Assembly: GCF_964194025.1 (NCBI RefSeq)
Contig: NC_134469.1
Span: 2,728,001 to 2,792,000 of the forward strand
Length of the DNA: 64,000 bases
Direction of reading: 5' to 3'
Source of the DNA: Convolutriloba macropyga
Taxonomy: Eukaryota
Each line of letters begins with the position of its first letter. The first letter of the stretch is position 1. Both the position numbers and the translations under genes were made by a program. The notes under the pieces are model-generated. The model ran no database searches. It was not told where the DNA came from and was given only the letters and a program-made list of their open reading frames with translations. Positions 25,760-39,830 of this stretch are shown here, in pieces.

Positions 25760-25920
25760 ATTCAAAAAACGCTTCCACTAAAATGATCTACAATCGAGAA
25801 CCTCCAAATGATATCGCCCATAAATTTTATACGAAAAATTTTGGCCGGCGAAAACAGACTGAAAAAAATACCAATTGACTATAAATTTCTTCCCCCAACT
25901 AATGTGGGTCGGAACAATTA
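25760..25920 (-). mobile_element. Reverse-strand fragment of the 'GTTCCGACCC' dispersed repeat family
   Basis: Reverse complement reads aattGTTCCGACCCacattagttggggaagaaatttatagtcaattgg..., matching the starts at 36561 and 39171. Confidence 0.55.
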
Positions 25921-25965
25921 AATTGTCTCTTTATGATGAGGTTTGTAGTCTCTGATGTCTTGCAG

Positions 25966-26154
25966 ATCTGTGAAGAATTGATGGACCAGTGTCTAGCTCC
26001 TGACCGGTTCATGGGTGGTCTGGGGTGTGACAACATGACAGTGCAACTCATCTGTTTCTTGAATGATCAGGAACAGCAGCCCTACTCCCACTTGGCCACT
26101 CGATGCGCCACTTTGCCCTCTAAATTTATGCCACAGGAAACGACCTTCATCTAG
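25966..26154 (+). CDS. PP2C terminal coding exon E
   Basis: [26 protein letters not shown] contains the final GxDN motif; acceptor ttgcag in phase 0; TAG stop. The five exons total 851 nt and stay in frame. Confidence 0.94.
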   Translation: MCEELMDQCLAPDRFMGGLGCDNMTVQLICFLNDQEQQPYSHLATRCATLPSKFMPQETTFI

Positions 26155-27189
26155 CGGGCAAACTGTTGGTTGTTACAAGAATGATTGTTACAAGTATTAC
26201 AACAGGGCAGAATGGATCTTTTCCAATCTGCAATTCCCTCAATCAAATTCCTCAATAATAATTATCGAATTCTCTCTGTCATCCTCCCATTCCTCGATAT
26301 TAATTACTAAATATTAATTAGGACCAGTCATTACAGTTAACGTATACGTACGACTGTAAGGCTAAAAGAAAATCATTTATGTGATATACAATTCCATTCT
26401 CATTTTATCCATTATGGCATAGGAATTTTCCCCATAGTTTTTTCCCATATATTGTAGCGGGGATTCAAAATGTTGAGGAAAATGAAAAGTGAAGTGGGCG
26501 GTATTGGAGAAGGTCCAGTGAAATTTTGGGTCTATTTTGTGCTGTAAGATTAATATTAGCGCTATACTTCACAAATTTATTCATCAAAGGCATTTCTGTC
26601 AAATTTGTTATGGGCTTTGAAATATAAAAGTAAGGATAGCGCAGTACAGCTGTTTAAGCAAAATTTCTGCAAGAAAAAATTTGTGTTTATTGATTTTTTT
26701 GCACGTGAATTGTTTATATGCATCATAATCGAAACGATATTTTGATTACGATTTCATGGGAAATTGTGGCTGAAACGATCTTAGTATATCTTCTTTCGGA
26801 CGTGCGGTCATTCCAACGTATGTCAAGCTAAACTGAATAACAAATTTGACATGAAATTTCATGCTGCTTTTTGACTTAGTTGCTCTAGTGACCTTCTGTA
26901 TAATTCATTCCATTTCCCATCATACCATTCCACCTTTATTCCACCGTGCTTAATTCCACCCTTCTTCTCATCTTCAGTTTTGCCTTCCTAACTCTCATTT
27001 TCTTGATTTCAGGAGCCGTTCGATGCGAGATATTAAAAATTTCTGTATGTATTAAAATTAGTTGTTATGATGCAATTTAACGGACTCAAAATGTAATTCA
27101 ATAGAAGGCTTCAAAAATTTTTATTGTCGAAACTCATTTTTTGCATGGCTGGGTTTTAATACGAATTGTTTGAGCTGATTGAAATAAAA

Positions 27190-29910
27190 CTTGAGGATAT
27201 TGATGTTTATTCACAAAATCAGTATGCTATTGGCAGATATAAACATAAGTTCCATCTACCCCCAAAGACAGAGGCTGCAGATGCAACCTCCTATCAAAAT
27301 ACCCAATCATCTTAGAGATAAATTAGAAAACTAATGGATGAATTAATTAATCCACGCAGGAATAATCAGAGCTGAATGAAAACGATGATATGAATAGTTG
27401 GTTTGTTGAACCTGTTATCATACTACCTAAGAAGGAGTATGTGAAACGAGTCATTGATAGTAGATAACTGATACCTGAATTCTATTACAGATACAAGTAA
27501 ATCTAGGTGACCCCTTGAACCACTAACCGTTTTAATGACACAAATAACTGGAAACCATTCAACCATTTTTTGGTCTTAAACCATTACCCAAATTCTTCTG
27601 GAAACTAATGCGCTATGCATTGCCCCCCCCCTATAAAATGCAATCAACCATTCGCTTTTTTAGACGATACCCTATTAAAGGAAAAAGATAAGAGAGAATT
27701 GTTTACATTTCTAAGAGAGTATCACTCATTGCTTCGGAAAACAAACCTTAAAACACCTGATAAAACGATGTTCCTTTTCAGCAAAGTGAGGTTCTTAGGA
27801 CATGTTATATCTAAAGACAGACTATCTCCTTTTGCTTGATGCATAGATAATATTAGAAATCTAAAAACACCAGAATCAAGAATAGAAGTTTTAAGAGTTT
27901 TTTAAGGAAAGATGCGTTTCTGTCTCAAATATATAATTAACCTTCACATAGATGCAAGAGATCTCACTAGTGGTTACCAGAACGCGAAAAGATATTCACG
28001 GACCTTAAACAAAGATTCTGTCATGACATTTCTAACGCGTTCACCTATAACGATTATCCCTTTCATATTCATGCCGAGTCATCTCTCTTCGGAATAATTT
28101 GCGTTCTTATACAAGACCTTCCTGATAGAAAACGTATGATTTCAGCAAATTCGAGAGTAATTGATAAAGCTGAACAAAAGATGTCTCCTCAACATTTAGA
28201 ACTTTGAGGAATAATATCTGATTTACAACCAGATGATTTTGGTTATAGGCTCACCCTTTCCAATATATCTATTGTGATCATAAACAAATCTGAAATCTTT
28301 AGTCACGTGGAGGACAAATGTCACATCGTAAATATCAAATAGTTATAATAAAGTTATAAAAATTGCAACTTCAAAACGTTCCCCTAGCAAATGCCAAACT
28401 ATCAACTAGAACACAAGGTTATACCTAGAGATATAAAGTTTCATATTAACGGAAAGGAAGTTTGTTGCATCAAGACAATAGGGATGCAAAAGCTAATGAG
28501 CTAATGACTCTTTTCCAACTACATAGATGAGCACTGTAATACTATTAACATTTTTTCTGGTATTTTTTTGTTACGACACATATATCAAATGAAGAAAATA
28601 ACCTCAGAACTAACTAGTGATTATGACAACCACTACTATTCCGAGAGAGAAGAATTAGCTGAAATAAGTGATGTCCGAGGAGGCTATGATGAACAGGATT
28701 GATTCGACCTTGTACAAAATAATAATAATTCATTTATAGAACAATTAGAGTCTGCTAAAGCCAATTGTATTAGACGTACAAAATTTAAGAGAATTATCGA
28801 ACCACACTTTTCGAAACATTACAGAAAAGTATGTTCACACAGATACATTAGATTTGATAGCTTAAGTTGCAAACATTGCAAAGGACGCGAATATTGACAC
28901 TGATACTATTGTTGAGAAACAATTAATATTTCAGAAGGTATAATGTAAGAGATTGGTTGGAAATAGGCAAGGCACCAGAAACGGACTATATAATAAATTA
29001 ACAAAGCGTTACAAGCTTGTGGAAAAAAATTTAACGTCCTAATTTTGGAGAGTCAATTTGACTTAGCTATTCTGAACCTTGTGATCACTACTCATTTGAT
29101 TTTAGGATATGTGCTTCACTTTCACTATTTATTAAGATATTTGAAGTTTGCACATGAGCATGAACTTAGTGACCACAAAGCCGAAAGCACAAGTTAAGCG
29201 ATTTTTTCGCTGCTCCGGTATGTTTAAACGGATTCAAATGTTAATGTTAGATTGCTTAATTTTAAATTGTCAGACTAATAAGTCATCACACAAAGACTTG
29301 AATAAAGCAACTTTAGAACCATGGAGACAATTAGATCAGTACCCCTACATACACTTCAAGATCACAAAGGTCCACTGAGACAACTGAGTAAATGGAAATA
29401 GATTCTGCCTTGTAATAGTCGGTGCTTTCTCTAGGTTTATACAAGTATGTCTTAGCAAGAATGAAAAAGCTCCCGAACAAAAAAAACTTTTCGAGAAATT
29501 TATAACTACTTATGGCATATTGCAACAAATAGTACTTGATTACCTCAGAGCTTTTATTAGTATTGGGTTCGTTCACTACACAAACGAAATGGGAATTAAA
29601 CTATGCCCCAAGCTGCATGTTCACCCTTCACGTATGCAAAGTAGAAGTACAAAACAAACATTTGACTAATTATCATGAGACATTATTAGCCAAAGTAGAT
29701 CTAATTTGTCCGAGTACACCAGTTAGTTTGCCTTTTCACATAAAAACAGCTTTAAACTAGAGTACTGGATATACACACCTTAAGAGATACTATTCGGATC
29801 AAAACCACAGATACCCTTATCACTTAAGTTAGGAGTACTAAGAGATGATGAAAAGAAATGCACATCAGAATTTTGTTGTAATTTACCCCACCACTCACTT
29901 AGTGAGGAAA
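27190..29910 (+). mobile_element. Decayed Ty3/Gypsy-type LTR retrotransposon pol (RT-RNaseH-integrase)
   Basis: Fragments in Gypsy order: PVIILPKKEYVKRVID, AFLDDTLL, KVRFLGHVIS, PFHIHAESS...ANSRVIDKAEQK, YCDHK, HEHELSDH...CQTNK, TGYTP*EILFG. Many stops and frameshifts; no LTRs recognised. Confidence 0.85.
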
Positions 29911-29914
29911 TTTG

Positions 29915-30589
29915 TAATAACAGAAAGTATTACCTCCATGACTACAAACACATCCGGCTGGAACTTACAGGCTTCAATAAGGCTGAAAATGTCATCTAAA
30001 AGCAGCTTTTTTGTAATTTTTAAACTGTTTGTTCCGTCTTGAAGAATTAAAGTTTTAAGTTTTTTGCATTCATATTTTTCCACAACTTTTATTTGCTCTT
30101 TGGTGGTTGACCCACGGTAGGCTTGGATAGCTGCGTCCAGTGGTATTGTTGCATTGCTTTCTAGTTTACCAATGATGCTGCTACCCAGAACCAAATTTGA
30201 TTGCTGTTGTTTGTGGGCGAATAAATCAAAATCTCTGACCTTCTCTTAAAAAATCTGGTTTTTTCGTGATTTTGATTCATGGTTTGTTGTGCCCTCCCCT
30301 TCAGTGGATGATTGTTCCAATGTTTTGTCCTGCAGTTGTCGCTGATAAGTATCGAGCACATTTTCAATAAGTTTTTCTTTTGTAATCTTTGATGTAAGTC
30401 AAGATATAATTTGTAGGAATTTTCCTTAAGTTGAACCCATTCAGTTAGGGATAGTAATGAAGGATCAGTTTGTTCATTTAGATTGAAATGCTGCTGTCTT
30501 TGTGTGCTGAGTTTGTCATGGACATTGCAATTTCTGTATCTCTGAATGAAAAGGTCAAGTTTATTTTTGCTGTGTTTGCATAAGTGCAA
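29915..30589 (-). pseudogene. Frameshifted ORF with SGNH/GDSL hydrolase-like domain (transposon ORF1-type esterase)
   Basis: VLGSSII (block I GDS-like), YRGSTT (block II) and LILQDGTN (block III GxN). The C-terminal DxxH block is missing where it meets the Gypsy relic. Confidence 0.6.
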
Positions 30590-31555
30590 AATGGATCAAT
30601 GTTTCAAAAGAAAGGTCAACTGTACTATTTGAAAGTTTTTCGCTTGTCTGAAAGTTATTCGCTTGTCTGAAAGAATTGTAAGAAAGATTAAGGTGATTCT
30701 AATTGTCTTGAAGGAATTGCTTGTCTGAGAGAATTGTAAGAAAGATTCAGGTGATTCTATTGTTTTGCTTGACCGCGACCCTATCCCATTTAACTCAAAA
30801 CAAATAATGATTGAACATAAAAACTGTTTTGTTTGGGAGAGTTGCTATTATTTTTTCTGTATTGAGTGGTCAAGTACAGTTTTTCTTGCGCTATTGTGAT
30901 AAGTTGCTTGTTTATCGACTGCTTTTTTTCGATATATGTTCCAAAGAGGTACTTCTTCAACACTACCACCGATTTGCCTCCCTTTCGAGTCACAGGTTCT
31001 ATTCTTCTGTTTTCTCCCGCAGCAAATCCAATGACCCCGTTTTTAGTGGTGACTGCATTTTAAATGAGTTCCACGTGGTGCTTTAAAAAATGATTTAACT
31101 TAAGAACAAAGGTGATTCAGTGATCGATTTAAATAAGCATCTTAGTTTGAATTCTGTTTGTCGAGACATTGAATCTAGCTTAATGTTTAATTTTTTGAGT
31201 TAGGTGAGAAATAGCCTAAATCTTGAGAAATCTGAATTTTTTGGTCTTTTTTTGGACTACTGCTGATACTTGTTATTTTTTATTTGTTCCATAAAACTTC
31301 AATGTGATCTACAATACGCAGGCCTTGGATCGGTATTCGTGAAAAGATTTAGTTTCTAGTTGAATCTTGTTTGATTTTTTATCTCAGTAACATGTATTCG
31401 TTTTTTGATTATTTCAAGAGAGGTATGTGAGTGCTTGGGAAAGAACAACTATAGTTTTTTGTCAGTTTAGACAAATAATAGAGGGTCGCGTTTGTAGATA
31501 GATCTTTAGTGTAGTTTCAGTTAGAGTTTCCTTTGCTAAGCCAAGCATTCTACGT

Positions 31556-31850
31556 TACAGGGGTGAGTCAAAAGAAGGGAAAAACTCCATTTCAGAACTC
31601 AGTCAAAAAGGTGACGGAAAATGATTGCAGCAAAACATTTTTCCAAAGTCGGCTTGACAAATTATCCACTGGGATGTAATTTTTGTGATGCCTGGAGCCG
31701 AGACCCTCAAATCAACTCAAAGTTCTCCAGCTGTTGACCTTGACAATTTCCGTCTTTGATCAAAAATTGCTCCTATACCAATGGACACTGCAAAGTCCAT
31801 TCGGGACGAAGAAGAATTACAGACTAAGTTTGTAGAGAGCTTAACTTTGC
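31556..31850 (+). mobile_element. Possible Tc1/mariner remnant
   Basis: TA-CAGGGGTGAGTCAAAAGAAGGG resembles a mariner-type TIR; downstream QSSPAVDLDNFRL*SKI resembles the SPDLNPxD motif. No second TIR found. Confidence 0.3.
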
Positions 31851-34800
31851 ATGTACATGCATCTATTGTTGAAATTATTTTAAATTGTTTTCCAGCTGTT
31901 TTTTGGGTAGCTTATATTTCTCGAAAACTTTTCCCTTGAATTTTCCCCCATTTTTGTTGAAAAGCAACAAATAAATCCACAGAATAATTCCCTCCTTTTT
32001 TCAAAATTTTCCGGGATTTTTCCCCATTTTTTATAGAAACCAATTAAATTTGAGTTGAAACATTAAGTTTGACAGTTCTCGATTCCTGAAAGACCAAGGT
32101 GTCTTGATTTGTATCCAAAAATCTACGAAAATTTATAGTTGGATTAAAATCAAAAATGTTTAAGTTTGACTCGAATCGTTTATAGTTTGTGAATGTATTT
32201 GGAAGCGAATTGTATAACGGATAACTGGGAATGGTTTTATAATGCCTCTGAACAAATTTTAGAAATGAGCTTTGACTGAGTTGTTGCGTCTTCTTTTAAA
32301 CTTTCTAGACTTTGCTGGCGAGGGTTGGAATCCCGATGTCAGCGGTGTTTTTGGAAGAAATGTTTTTTAAGTGTGCGACAGAGCCTCTCTTTTGTCACTA
32401 CCGCAAAAATCGATCTGAGTACCTAATGGACAGCTTTCGAAACTTCATCAATACTGTTCAGATTTAGCAGCCTTGATTTGATCAGCTCGTGTTCTGAAAA
32501 AATTTTTAATATTAGTCTTTAAAGGGAGAACGCTGTTAAAAAAAATCTCGACGTAAGAATATCATCTGTCATCAACTATATCTAAAACTCTGCTCCAATG
32601 TGGCTAGTTGCTAATTATCTATTCATTTTGTATTGGTAGCAATCTCTTGGTCTTGATTTTTTTTGCACGTTCTGTAATAACAAATTTAACTCTGGCAGCG
32701 CAGAAGTCGTAAAAAATATTGAAAGAATTTGAGTGATTGTCTGGTAATAATGTTTGCATCTCACATGCAGAAGCTTGTTTTTAGTTTGCATTAATGTTTC
32801 TCTGAATCAGTTATTTTGTTGGGTTTTGACGGGGAAAATATTATTGTTTCTAATGTAATAACTAGTGTTCAACTTACGCAAGGCCTTTAAAGAAGTGTTA
32901 AGTATGTTATGGAAGTGGCTCCTGATAATCTGTTGCAGTAACTTAAATAGAATTAAATAGTTTAAGTATTATTAACTTTTAATTATTTATTCTAGAGTTA
33001 ACTTAATATTACTAGCTGCTATAGCGAGCAATATTGCGAAAGAGCTTTCCTTCCCTTGTATGTCCAAGTTGGGTAATTTATTGAGTGATAATTAAATGTT
33101 GGGTTGTGCAAAATCCTTTTTTTTTCAGTTTGAGTTGATCATGCTTTATTTAAAAATCATCACAAATATTTTCGTGGCTATGTATTATGATCATCGTTAT
33201 GTTCGCCTATTCTAAACTGATCAACCTTTCAGCTACAAATTTGTGGAATGAATCAATTTTATAATAACAGAACTCCGAAAGAAGTTATGGTAAGGTTCCC
33301 TCGAAGACTTGAAACTGTGCGAAATTAAAAAAGTGACGAATTGGTTGTTTTTCAGTTAGTACGTATTATTTAAGGACAAAGTTATGCGGTGTTATTGATT
33401 ATGATAACTCTCGATTTTTTTTTCAAAATATGTTTCAAAATAATTTTAATATATATCTAAATAAGATACTTGTTCAAGTTAGATTCATCGGACGCTTCTT
33501 TAAACAAGATATTTTATTGTGCTGTGGATGCGATTAAAAAAACATTTTTTTGCTCTGATTTTCAATTCAAATGAAGAGATTCATGGTATTGATTGTTGCT
33601 GAAAGGTCGATGTTTGTCTTTCTTCATAACAAATTGGAGGATAAATTCATTCCTCCGCCACCACTAGACCCCAAACCATAAATCATTATGGAAATGAATT
33701 GGTCCGTAATTCCCTCTGAATCACGTATTATAGTAACTGCCGTAATTGAATGTTCTTTAACCCGTAAGTTTTGCTCAGTAACAAATTTTTTGGTCCTAGA
33801 GGTACGGGGGAGGAAGGGGTCTCATTGTAACTGCTGCTTTTTTGCAGGTTTTTCATTGTCCTGTGTGAAAAGAAAATGACATTGTTCTTGAGAATTGCGC
33901 ATACCGTTATAAAAGTGAAAAATGTTCAAAAATGGTCATATTTTTGGGGGTTACAATTATGTAGATTCAGAGAATATAACCAGATGGTTAAATTTATAAT
34001 GCTCACCCATAAATTAACTACTGTCCTACGATAGTGAGGGCGGGGGATTAGAACGGCAGTGGAACGAAAAAGAAAGGATCCATTTTTGTTTCCTTTTGTT
34101 CTCGTCGCCTTGAAAGCATTAAATCTTCATCAACAACTTTGTCACACTAACACGCATTCATTCAGTTCTCCTACAAACAGCTTCTTAACACGCTTATTTA
34201 TTTTGTTGCCTACTTGTAGTTATGATTTATAACTATTATTACTCCTGCTGTTATCCCAGGTCCCAATATTTATTCCATAATTATTTGTCAAAAGCACCAA
34301 TGTTACCGACATCATTAAAAATCAGTTATTGTTGGAGTTTCAACCGTGGAAGATCTGATTTGTTGATTCTTGAGTATAATTGTGGGAACTCTTTCGCTTT
34401 CGAGACAGTGGAAAAATGAAAAAAATAATGAACAAATTCTGATAAGACTGGAGGATTTTTGTTATTGGATTCAATGCATCAATATTCAATACTTCAAAAT
34501 AATAATAATTGAATAGGAAGTTTAATAATAGCCAAAGTTTTAATATCAATATTTCTCCAACTTTTTGTGCTTGCGGTGATGTTATGTAGCGTTGGTGTTT
34601 TGATTGAATTTCCTTGGTAATATAAATGCTCTTTTCTCTGTATATGTTCGAACTTGGTATGAAATTAGATATTTGTTAACAACATATCATTGATGTGATT
34701 ACGTCAGTGGAAGTCGCCAATACATTTTAAGACATCATGAAAATTGCTCTTTTGAAATCTTAATAAAGTAGATGGCTGTTTCCATTGTGCATTATTGGAG

Positions 34801-35516
34801 AGGTTGCTAGCTAGTATTACAAAATTCTGTCATAATTTTGAGCTCATCATGTTTTAGCCATATAGAAAGTATCATTTATATTTTATAATATTTAGTTTCA
34901 AAAACTTGTACCGGTATCGAAGTTTCGAATTTAGTTATACAGATTGTCAATTCAGAGTTAGATTGCAAACATTTTTTTAACAACTTGAATTGTTCAGTTG
35001 TCGCGGAGCTGAAAACAAGTTTAGCTTGGATGTATTGTTGTGACTGGACAGTAGATCAAAAGGAGAATTGATAGAAAACAGAAAAGTTGGGACCGTATAT
35101 CGAAAGTTAATCTATTCTCATTGCCTGAAATTAAGCGATATTTGCGAGCTGGTATTAAATTACCGCATCTGACCACGCCTGCGAGCCATGGCCTTGTCTT
35201 AGCTGCCCGTGGGACTTGATATGAATCTATCGCAACAGAACAAATTATTACGACCAAGCATATGCGCTGTATTATCAGCGAGCCCTTAAATCTCACCAAT
35301 ACATAGCTTGGATACTTCCATTTTTGATCTATCGTCAAATGTTTTTGCTTTTGATCTGTTGTATTTTCGATCTATTGTCCTAACACCCGATTTGAGTTCT
35401 AATGAAGCATAGTTTTGAAGATCATAATGGCACAATTTCAAAATGGAAGTTTTGCCGAGTATACAAATTGGATCTGCTTTTTTTATGACCCTACTTGAAA
35501 ATTATAATTTGTTAGT

Positions 35517-36328
35517 AATTGGTCTCGAACGAAGTTTGAGGCAACTATTGTAAAGTTGTTGGTCTGTTTACGACTCGAAGAGGAGTATTGAGATTTGACT
35601 GGTTTTTTTAGCTGACGCAAGTTCGTTCATAACTTGACTTTTGTTTTTTTAACGTTGACTTCTGTTTTAGAACGCGGACTTCTGTTTTCGAACATTGGAC
35701 TTGAACAGTAGCTTAGTTACTATTACATTGTATTAAGGAACTGCTCGTATTACTCAGTCAAAAGGGGCTTTTGGAGTAGTTTTCTTCCCATAACATTACC
35801 TCATCCCTATCCAAACAACAGACAACCCCCCCACCTACCTACCCCCGCCCGCCACACCTACCTACCCAACCCCCGTATCTACCTACAACCTCCCGTCTAA
35901 TCTACCTCTCGCACAACCTAACCCACCCCCGGCCTTCGAAGTCTGAAGCAATTATTGTAAACATGTGTGTATTTTTTATGCACAATTTTCGCTGGGCCGT
36001 TTTCTTTTTGAACATATTTTCGATTTCACTTAACTGACTTTTTACCCGCTTGACTTCTTGCTTTCGTGCTTGACCTTAATTGTTCTTATTGGGAAATTAA
36101 GTCTGTGTTGCAGAAATAAAAGCGCAGGAGATCATAAGAGCCTGATAGCTGAGTGGTAAGTGCTGCAGTTTAGGGCGCAGGAGGGCGTGGGTTCGAATTC
36201 CTGTGGAATTTGTTTGCGCACACACACACACACACACAAATAAAAGTTTTTTTTGCTACAGCACTCTGAACTTAATTGCCCTTCCGGTCGTCCGAGAGCA
36301 ACTTGTCCGACGTTAGCTAGTTTTTTTT
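35517..36328 (+). mobile_element. Composite HINE-like element(s): 5' end, ~21-bp minisatellite, C-rich tract, body with tRNA-like cassette (36138-36206) and (CA)n
   Basis: AATTGGTCTCGAACGA at 35517; family core restarts at ~35938; A box TAGCTGAGTGG (36146-36156), B box GGTTCGAATTCC (36190-36201); 3' TCGTCCGAGAGCAACT (36288-36303). Confidence 0.65.
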
Positions 36329-36560
36329 CACGCGTTACTATGTTAAAAAAAATGACACGTGCGCCGGGGGCGTAAAACTTAAGAATTACTATCGAGGAAT
36401 TAGTATTGTATATAAATGATGGCTAGCTGATCAGACCAAAAGAATACGAATAACTTGCTTACTGCTTAATTTTGTTGCGTTGGGTATTTGTGAAGTTCGT
36501 GAAGATCACTTGTTCGTAAGTCTCAAAAGCTGACTTATTCGTTTTCGTTTTTGTCAGACT

Positions 36561-37170
36561 TTTTGTTCCGACCCCTCTTGAGGAACTATATACTCAAATG
36601 GGTTTTTTTGTTCAGTCAATTTTCGCCGATCGATATATTCATCGTAGAGAGTTTAGACTGGTAGCATTAGAAAGCTCGTCCAGCGTAGAGTATGGAATTA
36701 AAAAGATTTTTTTTTTTTAATTTTCGTTTTCTACAGGAAGTAATCGAGGTTTAAACTTCTGAAAATAGTAGAGTGAATTCACGTTGTTTTGTTCACATTT
36801 TCCAAAAATTTTGCCTAATTTTTCTTCAATTTTGCTAAAATTCGTTGAAATTTTTAAGAATAGTGTCGTTGATTTTATTTTTAAGGACAAATAAGCCTTG
36901 TTGATTATTCTGATTGAATTTTTTTGGTAAAAAATATTTCAAAATTCAGCCTTTTTCATCAAAAGCAGCACAAATGAGCTACTTTAGTCCACTTTGATAA
37001 AATTTGCCGGCACCATACCCCCAAACAACACTAATACAATCTTTGTAGACTCAGAAGGGGGCTATTTCTACTTCAACTTCCGCTGAGAGTGCTCTGTAAT
37101 AAAAACTTTGCTAGCCGTTTTTTGCTAGCTTTACTCGTTTATTATCAAAAATGCAGAATTTTTTTTTAAG
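36561..37170 (+). mobile_element. Dispersed repeat, copy 1 ('GTTCCGACCC' family)
   Basis: Colinear with 39171-39830; starts T-run-GTTCC...GGAAC-tatat. Confidence 0.7.
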
Positions 37171-39170
37171 TTTTCAACTAACAAATGATCTATATCTACA
37201 ATATTCGAAATATCAATAGTTCCTAAGGAACAATAAGAATTAGCACGGCTAGTTTTGGGCCAATCTTGGACTGTTACAATCTAAAAAGAATTCGGATTGC
37301 AATCAATCGGTCTTTTTTTTTGAAAAAAGACCTTTTTTTAATAATAAAGAACAGAACATATCAAATGAAACCTCAGGATCGATAGTTCCAATTGGCTTCC
37401 TAAGCAGCTCGAAGCTAATGCATTTAGTTTTTTACTTGAAAGTTTATGGTCGTTTCGACTTCTAAAAATAATTGATTTTTAATTAAATAATGGCTTAATG
37501 AACTTTTCCTCCATTTTTTCCTTAATTTGGTCAACTTGCAGCTTAGTGTCAGCAAAGAAAGAATGGTTCTTCATTCTACTGATTTGAAATTTAGCCTTGA
37601 TTGCGTTTTTACGCCTGAAGTTGTTGCTTTCTGGCTTTGATACTAATAGATTTCAGATTTTTTTTTGTTTTTAGAAATTTGCCAGTTTTTCACGTTTTCT
37701 AGTCACATTATCACATTACTGACAGTTCTCATATCACATTCTTAGCGTTCAAAATAAAACAAAATTGAGCATATTAAAGTCCTTAGAGATATAGATTATC
37801 GTTTTAACGGCCTCGACACTTTCTTCAAGAAATTAATTGAGTTTTTTAATTTTGTATTTAACTGTCATTTTTACTTTGTCATTTCAATTGTATGAAATTT
37901 CCTGTATAGTGATAGGTTTCACTGGCTTTTTATGGAAGAATAGACGAGCCGATATTCTTATATTAGTAGATAGCTGATGGCTTTCATGACTTTGAAAACA
38001 ATCGTTTTCCAAAACTAAAAATAAAAAACTTTTTAACTTCGCAAGTTTGGTCTTTTTATTTTTCTTTTTGGTACCTAATCTCGTTAATTACGGGTCCAAT
38101 ATGACATAATGGGTGTCAAGGGAAGTTGTCAAAGGGATTAATATCCCAAAATCTATTTTTTTAAAGAATGCGTTGTGACTTTGAAACCGGATTTTCACAA
38201 AAAAGTAAATTAATTTGATTTTTGTCATGCTTGACGTTCTTTTTGTAGACGCAAGAATTATTCTGGATAATTGCAGGTCTCAAAGAATTCCTTCGGATGA
38301 ATAACCGACCCTATATAAATATTTCATTTTGTAATTAATGTTTTTCATGACTTTGGATATAATTTTGTTTCGAAAAAAAATCAAAATTATTACATACTTT
38401 TTTCCTTTTCTCTTTTTTGTCTACTTGTTACCTAGTCTCACTAATAAAGGGCCAAATACTACATTATCGGTGTTTGAAGAGGCGCGAACACATATATTTT
38501 GAGGGCTTGACGGTTTTGACAGCGTTTTCTGGCAAGTTTCAATTGAATTTTTGTTTCTTGTTTTTTTGTAGTTCTTTTTAGTCGCTCAAAGAAACGAATA
38601 AGGACAGTCCTAATGCCCTTCTATTGGTAGTCGTCAACCTTTGGGATATTTTACTTGATTTCTAATGGTTTTAATTACTTTGAAGTGAATTGTTTTAAAA
38701 AAGTAAGCGAATTTTTTAACTTTACTGTTGTTCTTTGTCGTTGTTACCAAACCTTTTTATGGACTGGTCCATATCTTTTCTAGCGATTTATGAGTTTTTT
38801 GGTTTAGTTTTAGGTTCATCTGACGGTATATTGACTGTTATTAATTTTTGTTTTTTAAAACGGACGAAAAGTTTTTGATGTAATTAATGTTTGTTGTTGT
38901 TTGATTTTGCTGTTCGTCTTGACTCGCTTTCCTAATATTGGCATATCGCATCAATCTAATGCATCATTTTTACGCCACTGAGTTATTTGCTTTGGAGGCT
39001 ATCTTATCGTTCATACACAATTTTTTTGAAAAATACTTGGGCTTTTTTGGGATTCCCAAAAAATAATTTTTGGGTTTTCTATCTGTTCCTCATTTGGTAG
39101 ACAATTATGCCAAAATTGTGGATGGGCGGGGTCTGAACCTTATGTGCCATCGCACATTGCTTAGCCGCTT

Positions 39171-39830
39171 TGTTGTTCCGACCCCAACCTTAGTGGGGAG
39201 GGAGGAACTATATACTCAACTGGGTTTTTTTTTGTTCAGTCAATTTTGGCCGACCGATATATTCATCGTAGAGAATTGTGAGTGGTATCATTAAAAAGCC
39301 CGTCCAGCGTAGAATACGGAGTTAAAAAGATTTTTTCGATTATCGTGTTTTACAGGGAGTTATCGTGTTTTAAAATTTTGTGAACTTTCCACTGTTTTTG
39401 TTCACATTTTCAGGAATTTTTGCTAAAATTCGGAACAATTTCGCTAATATAATTCAAAATAAGTTAAAATTTTTAATGGCAGAGTGTTGTTGTTATCGTT
39501 AGAGATAGAAGAGAGTTGCTGAATTGTTTGATTGAAGTTTTTTTGCTAAAATTTTTGATAAAATTTTCAAAATTCAAACTTTTTTTCATCAAAAATTGCA
39601 CAGAATATGCTTTTTTGGTCCACTTTGTTAAAGTTTGCCAGACTTAGTGACCTAGAAAGCTTAAAACAGACTCCCTAAACTCAAAGAGAGCGCTAGTTGC
39701 AATTAGGCGCCGTTTGAAAGTCTTTTGGAATTAAAACTTTGCCGTTTTTGCAGATTTAACTCGATAATTTTACAAAATGCATCGTTCTTTTTTTTTAAAA
39801 AAAAATTGAAGAATTCCACGCAACAATTGG
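39171..39830 (+). mobile_element. Dispersed repeat, copy 2 ('GTTCCGACCC' family)
   Basis: Shares gaggaactatatactcaa..gggttttt..gttcagtcaatttt and downstream blocks with the 36561 copy. Confidence 0.7.

Noticed and set aside
35021-35338. 105-aa minus-strand ORF; also 8481-8687 and 3605-3972
   Set aside because: No recognisable motif or splice structure; the 3.6-3.9 kb ORFs are (CA)n artefacts.
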